Assembly (NCBI GenBank): GCA_951804945.1
Contig: OX638150.1
Span: 86,800,001 to 86,864,000, forward strand
Length of the DNA stretch: 64,000 nucleotides
Reading direction: 5' to 3'
Source of the DNA: Podarcis cretensis
Taxonomy: Eukaryota
Shown here piece after piece: positions 1 to 12,250 of this stretch. The notes beneath the pieces are model-generated. The model ran no database searches, was not told the origin of the DNA, and saw nothing but the letters and a program-made list of their open reading frames with translations. How positions within the stretch are numbered: the stretch's first letter is position 1; the number at the start of each line of letters is the position of its first letter. The translations under genes and the position numbers were made by a program.

Positions 1-152
1 CTATTCACCCAAAATAGCAGCAAACCATTTAAGAGCAGCAATTAATATTGCAAGTCCGTGCCAGACGTCATGCCAACCCAAAGGCACACGTGAATAGCAC
101 AGTATTAAAGACCACCAAGGACGAAGCGGGAAGCACATAGCACTGCAAGCGC

Positions 153-429
153 AGGAATGCATGAAGCTGCCTTATCAGACCATTGGTCCATGTAGCCCTG
201 TGTCATCTGCCCTGCATAGCTGTCAACTTTTTCCTTTTTTTGTGAGGAATCCTATTCGGAATAAGGGAATTTCCCTTTTAAAAAGGGTAACCTTGACAGC
301 TATGCTGCCCTGGCTGGCAGAGGCTCTCCAGGATTTTAGGCAGGAGTCTCTCCCAGCCCTACTTAGAGACACGGGGGTTGAACAGGGAACCTTTTGCACA
401 TAAAACATGTGCTCAGCCACTAAGCTATA
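153..429 (-). mobile_element. tRNA-derived SINE with CR1-like tail (Squam2-like), interrupted by a MITE
   Basis: Reverse complement gives a tRNA-like head (tagcttagtgg...ggttccctgttcaaccc), a body (ctggagagcctctgccagcc) and a tail (tggaccaatggtctgataaggcagcttc). Same family as the copies at 11861, 32559 and 41873. Confidence 0.7.
215..304. mobile_element. 90-bp hAT-type MITE
   Basis: Perfect 12-bp terminal inverted repeats (TIRs) catagctgtcaa/ttgacagctatg. 8-bp TSD ctgccctg at 207-214 and 305-312. Confidence 0.85.
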
Positions 430-443
430 ACCTAAATAATTAT

Positions 444-512
444 ATAATTGTAGAGTTGGGAGGGATCCCCAAGGGTCATCCAATCCAACCCCCTGCAATG
501 CAGAAATCTCAA
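444..512 (-). mobile_element. CR1 LINE 3' end remnant
   Basis: tgtagagttgggagggatccccaagggtcatccaatccaaccccctgc resembles the reverse complement of the CR1 3' terminus at 31984-32030. Confidence 0.65.
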
Positions 513-683
513 CTAGATCCTTATGGAATCATAGACAACCAATTGCTTCTTGTTAATATTTCATCTGTACTTGTGTAAGATGCTTAAAAAAAATAAAACC
601 CTTGCATTCTGGCTGTTTAGCAGCTCTGCTGTATTGGAAAAGGCGGCGGCAATTTTTGAGTGTGTCTGTAATTTTCAGAGGGG

Positions 684-715
<32 letters not shown>

Positions 716-1369
716 TAGCTGGAGTTGGAGGGTGGAAAGAAGAGACATTTCCCATTTTACAGTTGGCTGGATCCCCTAGTCTCATGCTGTGTTCTCTTTT
801 CCTAGCCAGAGTTCTTTTTTCTCCCTGCTTTGTGTTTTTGAGGTATCCATGGTGTTGTTTTTATATCTGAAGTGGTTAAAAAGTACTTGCCTGCAACACA
901 ATAAGTGTTTAAAATGGGCTGAGCTTCAGCCGAGTAGCGGTAGCAGCAGGAGCTGAGCCCCCTCTCATGAGCAGATTCATAGGCTGGTGTGATGACTTGT
1001 CACAGTGACTGACACAAAGTACAGTCTCCACACATTCCCATTCAGTCTCTCTACCCCCCACACTAGCAGAAATGTACCTGTTAAATAACACGCATCCGTC
1101 TATAAACGTTGCAGCTTTTAATATGTAAGGGAAGTATGTCAGCCTACCTATTGCTGTCTTGCACCCTAGGCTTACACCCTCGCTCTAAACTGGAAGGTCA
1201 TTCCTTTTGTTATCAATTTGCCTTCAATGTGCTTAGGACCATTGCCCTGTGGCGGAAGCATCTTCTTCATTATTAGCCAGTACAGCAGTAATCTGAAACT
1301 TGCTGGATTGAAAAACAAACTAACTCTTAAACTGAAAGGCAGAAGTCAGTTGGTGGGATTAGGGGTGGC

Positions 1370-1728
1370 AAGAATTGATGCTTTTGAATTCTGGGGTTAG
1401 AGGAGACTCTTGAGAGTCCCATGGACTGCAAGATGATCAAACCTATCTATTCTTAAGGAAATCAGCCCTGAGTGCTCACTGGAAGGACAGATCGTGAAGC
1501 TGAGGCTCCAATACTTTGGCCACCTCATGAGAAGAGAAGACTCCCTGGAAAAGACCCTGATGTTGGGAAAGATGGAGGGCACAAGGAGAAGGGGACGACA
1601 GAGGACGAGATGGTTGGATAGTGTTCTCGAAGCTACCAGCATGAGTTTGACCAAACTGCGGGAGGCAGTGGAAGACAGGAGTGCCTGGTGTGCTCTGGTC
1701 CATGGAGTCACGAAGAGTCGGAAATGAC

Positions 1729-1780
<52 letters not shown>

Positions 1781-1781
1781 C
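1370..1781 (+). mobile_element. BovB (RTE) LINE, 5'-truncated 3' end with long (CAA)n tail
   Basis: Encodes RIDAFE...KLRLQYFGHLMRREDSLEKTLMLGKMEG...RWLD, the BovB ORF C-terminus. Ends gagtcgg...actaaa(caa)n. No clear TSD. Confidence 0.95.
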
Positions 1782-2379
1782 TTTTTCTTTAAAAAGAAAA
1801 ATACACAGTTATTTGACCACCACTTCTTCCTCTCTGTGCTTGCATGCCCTTTTGTGTCTCAAGTACTGTAAAATGCATCTGCACTATTGTTTGGCGTTTT
1901 AAAAAGAAAACCTACCCCTCTCCTCTTCAAATGAAACCGAAGTGATGTACAACCAAAAGAAAAATCACAACAATAAAAGTGTAATTACAAATAATAAAGA
2001 ACAGTAAAGAAAGTAGCAGCATAATATGGAAGGGGTGGTGGTGGAAAGAAATCATATAACGAAAAAAAATGACTAAAGCAAGAGCAGTTCAAAGGGGGAG
2101 AAAACAACTCCAACACAAAAATCAGAAGAAATAAAGCAATCCAAGCCATCCTTTGGCCAGTGCTAATGGCTTCTCTGTCCCTTCCAGGCAACCAGTTTAT
2201 TGGGCATTCATCCTGATTTGTTTGCACAACATTTGCAGGGAGGTTGTACAATCTCAGCTGTTTATTGACCTTTCCTTTTGATTGGAATGTTATGTGACAT
2301 CAGGTCAAGTTGTTGTTATCTCACCCTTTTTAATGCATTTCCCTGTCACTTTTGTAATAATAAAAGATCCAATTTGCAG

Positions 2380-2380
<1 letters not shown>

Positions 2381-2411
<31 letters not shown>
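2381..2411. repeat. (TG)n microsatellite
   Basis: Directly visible. Confidence 0.95.
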
Positions 2412-2414
<3 letters not shown>

Positions 2415-3704
2415 ATGCAACATCAAGAAATCCACTGTATTTACACGACCTGAATTTGTTGGCATGCAACTGAACACCACCTGCAAAAAAGCAACCGTCT
2501 GGAAGTGCTGCCCTGGGCTCCTTTGGGAGGAAAGGTTGGGTATAAATCATATAAATATAGTATAAATAGATAAAATGGAGTCTAAAACAGCACAGGTGGG
2601 CCTTCTTTGGGAGGGCACCCAACAGAGATTGCACTGCATCGGGAAAAACACCTGCTCCTGATAACTACCTGTTTGCAAGCGAATTTGGAGCAGAGCCTCA
2701 TATGTCAAACTACTTGGGAGGGAAGCCATTTGGGGTTTTTAAAGGGAAGAAGCACCAACACTTTAACCTGGACTAGAAATAGGCATATTGAACAGCAATA
2801 TGGGGTGGGGTGGGGGAATAGGCCCAAGCTGTTTTGCTCTAGGCAGGAGCCTGACAATAGCCAGTGGTGGCCTTTGGGCTCTCAAATTTCAGCATCACCC
2901 TGAATTGACATATGAAACTGAGCTAGTTCCAGTGCAGCCTATGATGCTCCCAGTCTAAGCACATACCCCCAAAATATATAAAAAAGTTTTCTGTAGTAAT
3001 TTTCATTCAATTACATTGCCCCTGCTTAGTGCAGTTTAAGAAGCCAGCAGATTGAATGGAATTTCAGTGCTCTAATTCACTTAATTGCAGGCAACTCTCA
3101 CCACTCCTGTGGGTAGAGTTCCTTATTAGCATAGCAATTGACTCCCTCTAATGTCTGCACAAACCTTCCTTTGCTAAATTATCGCCTTTGAAACACCATA
3201 ACAATGAAACATTTGTTTACAAAGCAATTAAATTCTGCAGAGGAAAATAAATGAAACCCGCAGTGGGCTTGTTCACAAGTTACACTGCTTGGTAGGATTT
3301 CTTATGATTTTTCTGTCATGCTAGAATGACAAAGTACCAGACTGAATGCTATAACACCTAAACAAGTCCTTTGTAAAAGAGGATAAATTAAGGTTATTTA
3401 TGCCCTTCTCTCACAGCACACGCACATACACACACACACCTCTCAGTAATTACAACATTGCAATCTTATCTCTAAACTGCAGTTGCTTGCATAGGAATAG
3501 GCTGTACAATATCCTCTGAAGAGTTGCACCTCAGGACAACTGATTGCTGATGTGTTTATAAGTAACTCAAAGCTGTGCCAAGCATTAGTTTACCTGCACC
3601 CCAGCCACTTCCACATGGTGAATGCTCCCATGTATGCTTTATTGTCTACTCTTGTTCCACGTGATCACATTATCTGTTTCTTTGCTCCGTATTGGCATCT
3701 ACTG

Positions 3705-3708
<4 letters not shown>

Positions 3709-3764
<56 letters not shown>
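3709..3764. repeat. Compound (AC)n(AG)n microsatellite
   Basis: Directly visible. Confidence 0.95.
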
Positions 3765-3767
<3 letters not shown>

Positions 3768-3789
3768 TGAGTAACCTGGAGGAGGGAAA

Positions 3790-3966
3790 TAAAATACTTT
3801 TTCACATAGTCCATAGTAGAATTTGCTACCACAAGATTTCACAATAACTTGGATGGCTTTAAAGGGAGATTGGATGAATTCATAGAGGATAAGGTTACCA
3901 CTGGCTACTAGTCATGCTGGCTGTTTACTGTCTCCAAGATCAGAGGCAGCATCCTTCTGAATATGT
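3790..3966 (+). mobile_element. Old CR1 3' region (5' part), split by nested DNA transposons
   Basis: ttggatggctttaaagggagattggatgaattcatagaggataagg is typical of the CR1 ORF2 end and 3' UTR. Appears to continue at about 4570. Confidence 0.65.
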
Positions 3967-4552
3967 CACCCTTTGCCTGCAGAGCTGGCAGCCTATCACC
4001 CTTTTTCAAACACCCTTCCCTCAGCCTCCTCTCCCCTTTCCTTGGGAGTCCCAGGCAGCTGCTGCTGCCGTCCCTGGTCTCTGAGCTGCCCCTCCCCATG
4101 CACTCCAAAGAGAGATGCCTCCCAGACAGAGGCAGAGCAACCTGCTCTGGTACTCGGAGTGGCCCTCACCCAGGGCGTGTGGCGCGCTGCCCGCGGGGGT
4201 GTGGCGCACGTCCCGGAGGGTGCACAATGAGTGGCATGCGCCCCGGGGGGGTGCTGTCGATTGGGGGTCAGCGTTTTGTCACACCCCCCTCTGGAATGGC
4301 ACCCGGGGCGGACTGCCCTGCCCCTGCCCCCACCTCGGAACTCCCCTGCTCCCAGAGGCACCATTCGCCTGCAGAGCTTGTAGCCAGGGCTGCTGCAATA
4401 AAAACAGCTGTGTAAGCCTTTGGGAGGCAGAGACATGAGACGGCATCAGAGGAGGAAGGGAAGGAAAGAAAGAGGGACTGGGGCCAGCGTTGCCCGTGGC
4501 ACCCCTGACCATCATTCAAGGCACCCATGGCACACTGGTTGAAAACCACTGC
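3967..4552. mobile_element. GC-rich nested non-autonomous DNA transposon remnants (hAT-like)
   Basis: Right end ...ggttgaaaaccactg is a hAT-like TIR (cagtggttttcaacc). An inner CpG-rich segment at about 4172-4348 ends in cccctg. gcctgcagagct is repeated near 3976 and 4367. Confidence 0.5.
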
Positions 4553-4569
4553 CCTAATGCACCAGCCAC

Positions 4570-4678
4570 CACTAGTTGCACTTGTGTCCTGTTTACAGGC
4601 TTTCCATGGGTATCTGCTGTCCAACTTTGAGAACAGGGTGGTGGACTAGGCTTGATCCAACAGGGCTGCTCTTACATG
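4570..4678 (+). mobile_element. Old CR1 3' UTR (3' part)
   Basis: gagaacagggtggtggactagg...tgatccaacagggctgctcttac matches the CR1 3' terminus. Confidence 0.6.
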
Positions 4679-5741
4679 TGTCAGCTAATTGGGAAGCCAA
4701 GCAAAAGGTCCATCATTGCCTGGGGAAGTAAAGTTGTCATAACGGCACCACCTTTTTGAGATAAAAAGGACAGATCCTTAACTGGTACTGATATGTAAAG
4801 TGAAGAATATGGATCTAAGTGACTTGGTTTCTAGGCTCACAGGCATCAGTAGCTTCAACAGACAGAAAGTGATGAAGTTCAGAAACATCTAGTGCTAAAA
4901 TAGAGTTGAGATTGAGATTTTGTGCGAGACAGCTGTGCTTGGAAGTCTGTGGCTAGCCAGTTTCACAACAATACTGAAAAGGAAGGGGGGGAATATTTTC
5001 GTGTAAATTCCTGATCTCCAGTGAGTTTTGCCAGAAGGCCAAGATGAGAAAAAGATGGAAGTTGGCAAGTCAAAGTTCCAGTATCCTACCATGGCCTGCT
5101 GCCAAGTTCACTGGCCTGACATGGCACTATAATCCAAACCCATATTTTGCCTTATGGTTAGGTTGATAACAACTGGGAAATTTGGCCCAGTAGGCCAAAT
5201 TTGGCCTAGGACCTTCTTTGCTGATCTGGTGTGTAAGGTGGCTCCAGGTGATCTCAAAACAAAAGGCACACACAAAAATCCATTAATGGGCAAGACTTAG
5301 AATGAGGGGGATGGGGGTGGGAATACATCCAGTGCCATTCCCTTGATAACAGCAATATATGGATTACAAGCATAACCCCTGCAATGCTAGAATGGTATCC
5401 TCATTGCAGGATTCCCAGAGACTTCTGCTCTTCCCATTTATTTTAAGGGAGCACAACCGAGCCATTCCTCTTATTTGCTGCATGGGCATTATAAAACTGA
5501 AGTTGGTTTTTATCTTAGACAAAAGGGGAGTGCTGCAGTAAGGCAGAATTAGCAAAACAGCATTAAAAATAAGCACAGCTATTAATTTTAATGGGTTCCT
5601 TGTTATGACCACTATAAAGTGAGTAAACAGGGAATCCTGCCAGTTCTGTCACATATTCTTCCACTGAAGAGGAAAATCTTTAGTCACTTGATAATGCAAT
5701 GATGGGGCTTGGCTTTGTATGTGTGTGTGTGGTGTGTGTGA

Positions 5742-5772
<31 letters not shown>

Positions 5773-6824
5773 TTAATTATTTTAGATTTTCTTCAGCATT
5801 TTGTTAGCCAATGAAGAAATCTGGCTGACTTCTTAACACTATAGCCAAACACAGAGCTTCTATAGAAACAGGGTGCAAATTGCAAATGCCAGCTGAGGCT
5901 TTAGCGGAAAACATATAAACTGAAATAGACTCACAAAATGCAGAGCAATTGCTCTCTGCAGAATGCTGGAATGAGAAATGTGTGATATAGCCTTTAATCT
6001 TTATTAATTTTGTTTTCTCCTTCAAGCCTATTTTTGTCTCAGATTTAGCTGTTCTTCCTGCTTTTCCCTTAGTTTCTGGTTGCCACTGCTGCTGGCTACC
6101 CACAGTAGCTCCTTTGGACTACATTTATTGGATTAAAGCAGATCAATGCCTATATCTTAAAAAAAACACCAAGCCCTGCACATGGAGTAGGCTTCTGAAA
6201 GCTCCACACAGCCATGCAATTGGTCCTGTTCTTCCCATTTCCCCCCATGACCCAACATTCCAAAATACAGTACTAAACAATTCACACTGGCAGCGAAAGC
6301 TCCATTTGCTGAAGAGGAGGAGAAAATTGCAATTGCGGTTTGTGTAAGAGCTGTCGTGCAATGTGGGCCTAGGGCTTAGGTTGGCCGTCATGAACCTGCT
6401 GATGGAGATGAATTTTGAGACCTTTGAAAGATAATGCACCTTGGCTCATATTCCATACCATCGGTTGCAAAGCCTGTTCCCAAATTGGACAATATATTTT
6501 CATAATATGGTTTGGTGCAGTATAGCTGATTTTTCCTTTACCAATAGGGCTTTTTGAGGCGGGGGCAACCAGATTAGGACCATGGGATAAGATACAGGGC
6601 TGGGGGATTTAACCCTTCCTCCTCCATTGCAGTTCCAGTCAGTATTTCTGCCACCATCAACCACCAACACACACACACAAGCAAGCAATTCACACTCAGA
6701 GGAAACACAAGAGCTTCACATTTTGCTTTTTCCACTGCAGTCTTATTTCTAGCTTAAAATGTTTGTCCTTGCTCAACATACTAGGGAGACATTCCTATTC
6801 AGTTACCAAGGATTATCACTAAGT

Positions 6825-6920
6825 ACTATTCAGAGTAGACATATTGAGAATAACAGTGCTAAATTAGTCATGTTCATTAATTTCAATGGGTCCACTCTGA
6901 ATGTAATTTAGTTGGATGCT
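6825..6920. mobile_element. Short palindromic MITE (also at about 24480-24655 and 60655-60750)
   Basis: Fold-back cagagtagac...attga...tcaatgggtccactctg, with related copies elsewhere in the window. Confidence 0.55.
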
Positions 6921-7104
6921 ACCTGGAAGCTTTTATAGCCCCATTCTGGTGTTTACCTGAACATGTTTGGGGTTAAAACTAGTGATGGAGATGGGTGTGC
7001 ACACAAACTCAACCCCAAGGTCTCTGGGCATGCAGACATCTTTTTATTTTTAAATATATATTTGTACAGTATTTTAGCTTTTATTTGCATTTGTATTTAT
7101 TACA

Positions 7105-7445
7105 TTTACATACCATCTTTATCTTCCAAGGATCTCAAGGTGGTCTACATGGTTCTCCTCCTCCCCATTTCATCCTCACAACAACCCAGTGAGGTAGGTT
7201 AGGCTAAGACAGGGTTTCTCAACCTCGGCCCTCCAGATGTTTTTGGCCTACAACTCCCATGATCCCTAGCTAGCAGGACAAGTGGTCAGGGATGATGAGA
7301 ATTGTAGTCTCAAAACATCAGGAGGGCCAAGGCTGAGGAAGCCTGGGCTAAGCTCACCCAGTGAGTTTTGTGGCTGAGTGGAGATTCAAACCCTGCTCTC
7401 CCAGGTCCTAGGCCAACTCTATAACCATTACACCACACTGGCTCC
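7105..7445 (-). mobile_element. Squam3/MIR-like (Ther1-derived) SINE interrupted by a MITE
   Basis: catcctcacaacaacccagtgaggtaggttaggct...taaccattacaccacactggctc is the reverse complement of a tRNA head plus MIR-like core. Confidence 0.75.
7210..7345. mobile_element. hAT (URR1/Charlie-like) palindromic MITE
   Basis: TIRs cagggtttctcaacct/ggctgaggaagcctg and an internal ctacaactcccat...attgtag palindrome. 8-bp TSD ggctaaga/ggctaagc (1 mismatch). Confidence 0.8.
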
Positions 7446-8595
7446 ATGCAGATTCCTTTTTAGACCTTCATGTGGTTAGCGCAAAGGTTTGTAGAGGGTT
7501 CCTAAGCACTTAGAAACCTCATACAGACCTTTGCACTAAAGATGGGAAGGTATGAAAAGGAGACTGCATGGAGCTAGTGTAGTGTAATGGTTATACAGTA
7601 GGCAAAAGAGCCATAGATTGAACATTGGCAGAATAGTAGAGGGATGAATCAAAGATGAAGTGAAGGCCCCCTGCTTGGTCAACAGGATGAATGGTGATGC
7701 ATGCAAGGGATGCGGAGAGAGTGACCAAGGACAGGACGGCATGAATACAGAAGCTGTCAAAAAGAATTGTGCATGCCCAGTAATTAAAGGTGATTGAAAA
7801 ACAACGTAGTTAAGAACTGGGATGATGATGATGGCTTCTTACATGCTTTTTTGTGGCATCTCGGTGAATATTTGCCTTACACAGAGGCAAATCCAGATTT
7901 GCCGAATGAATGTATACTCAACAGGGAGCTGCAACCAATCACAACTCCCTGCTGAGTATGCCTTTATGATATAACCTGTTTGCAAACATCATTTTGTCAC
8001 ATTCACACTTCACAGTTTTAAGTGTACGTGTAAGATATATTATGTGCGAAGAGGCCCTTTAGGGTGCCTATGCAGGAACTTCTGTTCCTGGTTCCATATT
8101 TTAATATAAAACCACCCTTTGTGTGGAAGATATTATCGGAGGTGCATGTGTGGAAGAGGCGGTAGAAACCAAGATAACATTGCAGAGCTAATAGTAGAGC
8201 TCATGCTAGCTATGCTGCTAAACTGGTGGAGATCAATGAAGTTTCACACAGACACATGTGCAGCTTGAGATGTGCAAGAGAAGAACATTTTATCCAACTC
8301 CCCTCCACCAAAAACCTATGCTATTGTGCTGTTGTAGTAACAGTCTAGAAAGGGATGTGTGTTCAACTCCTACATTGGTCAAAGGATGCTTGCACTGCAG
8401 GCGGCTGGACTAGATGACCACCATAGTTCCTTCCAACTCTACAATTCTACGATTCAAAGTGTTACTCCTACTGCTCACTCAGTGAGTTTCATGGCCGAGG
8501 ATTTTATGTGGATGGATTTGAACCTGGGCCTCCCTCTGAGATATTAACTACAGCAATACAACTGGACTCAAACAAATTTAAATTTCTTTGGACAG

Positions 8596-9004
8596 TGTCA
8601 TAGTCTTGTTGCTGAGCGACGACATGCAGAGCTCAGTGGAGTGGGAGACCAGCCAACTAGAAGAGTCTCTGAGGAGTACTTGCCTGGAGGCAGAGGCAGT
8701 ATCCAAAGTCAGGTCCAGTCCTAGTGTTGTGCAAACAGCAATCCACGTGGTCAGGTGGTCCAGGGATCAGGGAATCTGATGATCAAGGAGGAAGATGAGT
8801 AGAAAGCAGCAAGGTAGGGCCAGGAACTACAAGTGTTGTTACCAGCATATGCCTGTTGCTGGGAGCCTTGCTTAAGAAGGCTGAAGCCAGCTGGTTCTCA
8901 TCAGTGCCTCCTCCTCTGTGTCCTTGAAGACCGATCAGCTGCAGGTGGAGTCAGTCCGCCTTCTCCCCCTTCAGGCTGCTGTTCAGCAGGCAGGGCCCAT
9001 GACA
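8596..9004. mobile_element. Solo LTR (Gypsy-type), 409 bp
   Basis: Termini TGTCAT...ATGACA. Perfect 5-bp TSD gacag at 8591-8595 and 9005-9009. Confidence 0.8.
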
Positions 9005-11065
9005 GACAGGGGTTATGGTATATTTTGCATCTACTATATTTTTTGGAATGCTGCTTGTTCACTATTTGGACACCTCTTAGGATATTGTAACCAACTTTCA
9101 CATTATAGTTCCTGAGATCAAGGAGGAGGTTTTCATCTATATTTGGATACAATTGGATGCCATTTTGAACCAAGATGGTGGACTGAAACTTTTAAAACTA
9201 TACTGGTTTTAACCACAGGTTTTCTGGTTTCTCAGAAATCCCAAGCAACACTGGGTACGAGGCTGCAAGTATGGAATAACTGAGAGATAACAGATTTATA
9301 TGAGAAAAACCTAGATCAGAATGTCAACCACACACACAAACTCAACTCCTGTAAGTGGTGATCAGCACATGCAGAACTAAAGTTTGAGACCATCACAAGG
9401 TTTTATTTCAAAATGCACACACACAAATTATCCCATCTTCCCAGAAAGTATATCCAGTTTGCTTGCAAAATTAAGCGCCTGGATAGATTTAACAAGTAGT
9501 CAATACTGGTTAAAAAAACAAAACCCACCAATAGGTGTGCACAAGTGTGTCATGAAATGCTTTGAAACAAGGTGCACTCTTGGTTTGTGAAAAGCAAAAG
9601 GAAATGATGTGGTAGCTTTACTTAACCTAGGTGCAGCTCTCATTGCAACCTCTCAGTTTTGTCTTAACTCCCATCAGCTGAGAGTGCCAATGATATCAGA
9701 TTCTATCATCATTGCAGTGCTTCCAATTACCCTTCATAGTCCATATATGGCTCCACTTAAAGTATTACATTCCAGAATCACAGACACAACTTCCAGCCTA
9801 CCTTTGTCTGTCTGCCCCAAAGACAGCAACAGTAGCACATTGTGGACTGCACTGTCAGTATGGTCCCGGATGTCATGCCAGCAGAAAATGCTCCCATGTG
9901 GCATGATACCTTCGTTTTGGAAAAACTATAGCCAACTGTAGTTTAGCATCAACATGCACAATCCATGCATAGAACTAAGTTCAAACAGATACATCATAAA
10001 TTGCAGCTAAGGGCACCTTCACACACATGACATGTTAAGGTTGTACAATGTGCTTTTCCAACATGGAAAATACTTCCAGGAAGGAAATAATATGCACACT
10101 CCACGAAGAACATTGCATGTGTCTTTTTGGCACAAATATGCAGTGAAGTACGTATGTTTGTGAATACCACCTGTGACAATCTACACATAGGTTTTGTATA
10201 GGCAAGATCAGTAGCAAGATAAGGTAACTGAGACAGTTGTCTGGGGTCTATGCATGTTAGAAAAGCAACTGCGTTCTGAGCCAAACCTTGCACCTTGCAC
10301 AATGATCTAAACCACAGGCATTAGAAAAGGTGGTCCGCGGATTGTTGCCAGCCCACAAGTCATCAGCTGCTGGTCCTTGTGACTCCACCACAGCCTAGGC
10401 TGGGTGGGATGCGTCAGAGGCCAAGTATGGTACTGGTCTCTGGCACATTGGGGTGGGGTTGCCAGCCCACCACATCAGATAGTTTGAGAAGCACTGCTCT
10501 ACACTGTGCCTTCTCACTAATTTTCAGAAGCCTAAGATGGATAGTGGAATAAGAGTTACAGAAGTGAGCAAATGGCACGCTCCCTTTAGGGCCAAGAAAT
10601 TACTCTTGTCCAGGAAGGCCTCATGCAGGTTTCTCGCTTGCGAAAATCTAAAGTCACCTCATTCACAGATGAGTGCAGAAAAGGCATAATGCATGAAATG
10701 CTATTATCCACCTCCAGAGATGTGTAGATGTGATTTTAAAAAGACCATGTGCCTCCTATTCCTATTTTATTTATTCAATTTTTAACCTGGCATTAGATTT
10801 TTACCCCACCCTTTCTCCAAAAAAGAACCCAGGGTGGTAAACAACATGTGATTAAAAGATTATTAGGAACAAACAAATATCCTCATAATTTCAAGGTTGC
10901 CCAAAGCAACATATTTTAACCATCAAATGCCTTTGTTGAATGGGAATGTTTTAAAATTCCGCCTAAATGTTAAGAAAAATAATTGTGATGTATGCAGATT
11001 CTGGTTTTTCTGATACTCATATTAATTTATGTATTTCTCTTATCAATACCATACCTTTCAGGATA

Positions 11066-11429
11066 CAGTGATGCCCCGCAAGACGAATGCCTCACAAGAC
11101 GGAAAACTCGCTAGACGAAAGAGTTTTCCGTTTTGGAGGTGCTTCGCAAAACGAATTTCCTATGGGCTGGCTTCGCAAGACGAAAATGTCTTGCAAGTTC
11201 CTGCGGGGTTTTTTTCCTCCCCCCCCCCTTTTTCTAAGCCGCTAAGCTGCTTATCAGCTTATCCGCTAAGCCGCTAAGCCGCTAAAAGCCGCTAAGCCGC
11301 TAAAAGCCGCTAAGCCGCTAATAGTGCTAATCCGCTAAGCCGTCAATGGGCTTGCTCCGCAAGACGAAAAAAACGCTAGACGAAGAGAATTTGTGGAACA
11401 GATTCTTTTCGTCTTGCGAGGCACCACTG
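11066..11429. mobile_element. Tc1/mariner (Tigger/pogo-like) MITE with internal tandem repeat
   Basis: TA TSD on both sides. TIRs cagtgatgccccgcaagacgaa / ttcgtcttgcgaggcaccactg. Internal (ctaagccg)n array at about 11234-11342. Confidence 0.9.
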
Positions 11430-11520
11430 TACAAATCTTTTCAAAGCAGCTTGCAAGTAGCATTAAAGTAGGGTTTTTAATTTTTTTAAAAAAACACACC
11501 AATAAACACTATCAACTTAG

Positions 11521-11800
11521 GCCCCAACTGCACTTTAAATTTAAAACAGTGTCATACCACTTTAAACAGTTTTTCCCAAAGAATCCTGGGAGCTGTAGTT
11601 TGTTAAGGGTGCTGAAAGTTGTTCTTTCACAACTTTCTCCTATTCTCCACACAGAACTACAATTCTCGGAGTTGTTTTAACAGTCAATCCCTCTTCACAG
11701 GGAACTTGAGAAGTGTAGTTCTGTGAGAGGAATAGGGGCCTCCTAACAACTCTCAGCACCCTGAACAAACTACAGTCCCCAGAATTCTTTTGGGGAAGGA
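11521..11800. mobile_element. Palindromic MITE family (Harbinger-like); related copies at about 13383-13590, 46830-46990, 52250-52310 and 58015-58190
   Basis: cccaaagaatcctgggagctgtagtttgttaagggtgctga is mirrored by tcagcaccctgaacaaactacagtccccagaattctttttggg. Confidence 0.65.
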
Positions 11801-11860
11801 TCTTTCCCAAAGGACAGTTGGTAGCTGCATTGTTCCCACATTGTTCCCAGCCAGGATGAC

Positions 11861-12074
11861 ACAGGAAGTTCCCGTACACTGAGTTGGACCATTGGTCCAT
11901 CTAGGTCAGTTTTGTCCACACCATTGGTCCATCTAGGTCAGTTTTGTCCACAATGACTGGCAGCAGGTCTCCAGGATTTTAGCTTCCAGAGTGTTTCTTG
12001 GCCCTATTTGAAGATGCTAGGGATCAAACCTAGGATCTCCTGCATGCAGGGCAGATGCAGCCTCACAGAGCTAT
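11861..12074 (-). mobile_element. Squam2-like tRNA SINE with internal 32-bp tandem duplication
   Basis: Same family as 32559-32751. ccattggtccatctaggtcagttttgtccaca occurs twice (11889-11952). Confidence 0.7.
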
Positions 12075-12134
12075 ATTATAGTCCAAGCTCTCTGGGGGAC
12101 CTGGGGCCACTCAAAATCTCCCAGGCTAACCAAA

Positions 12135-12250
12135 CCTACCTCACATGGTTGTTGTGAGGATAAAATGGAGAGGGAAGAGCTCCGTACACGACCTGCAGCT
12201 TCATAAAGGTAATGGTGACATATAGATGTAATAAATTAAATAACAAATAA
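12135..12250 (+). mobile_element. Squam3/MIR-like SINE 3' remnant
   Basis: cctacctcacatggttgttgtgaggataaaatgg core followed by an A-rich tail. Confidence 0.55.

Noticed and set aside
3963-4438. Overlapping 100-150 aa ORFs or a CpG-island promoter
   Set aside because: This is the GC-rich interior of DNA transposon remnants nested in a CR1. The stop-poor composition explains the ORFs.
11234-11342. CRISPR-like or telomeric array
   Set aside because: It is a spacer-less 8-bp tandem repeat inside a TA-flanked MITE in vertebrate DNA, and the unit is not TTAGGG.
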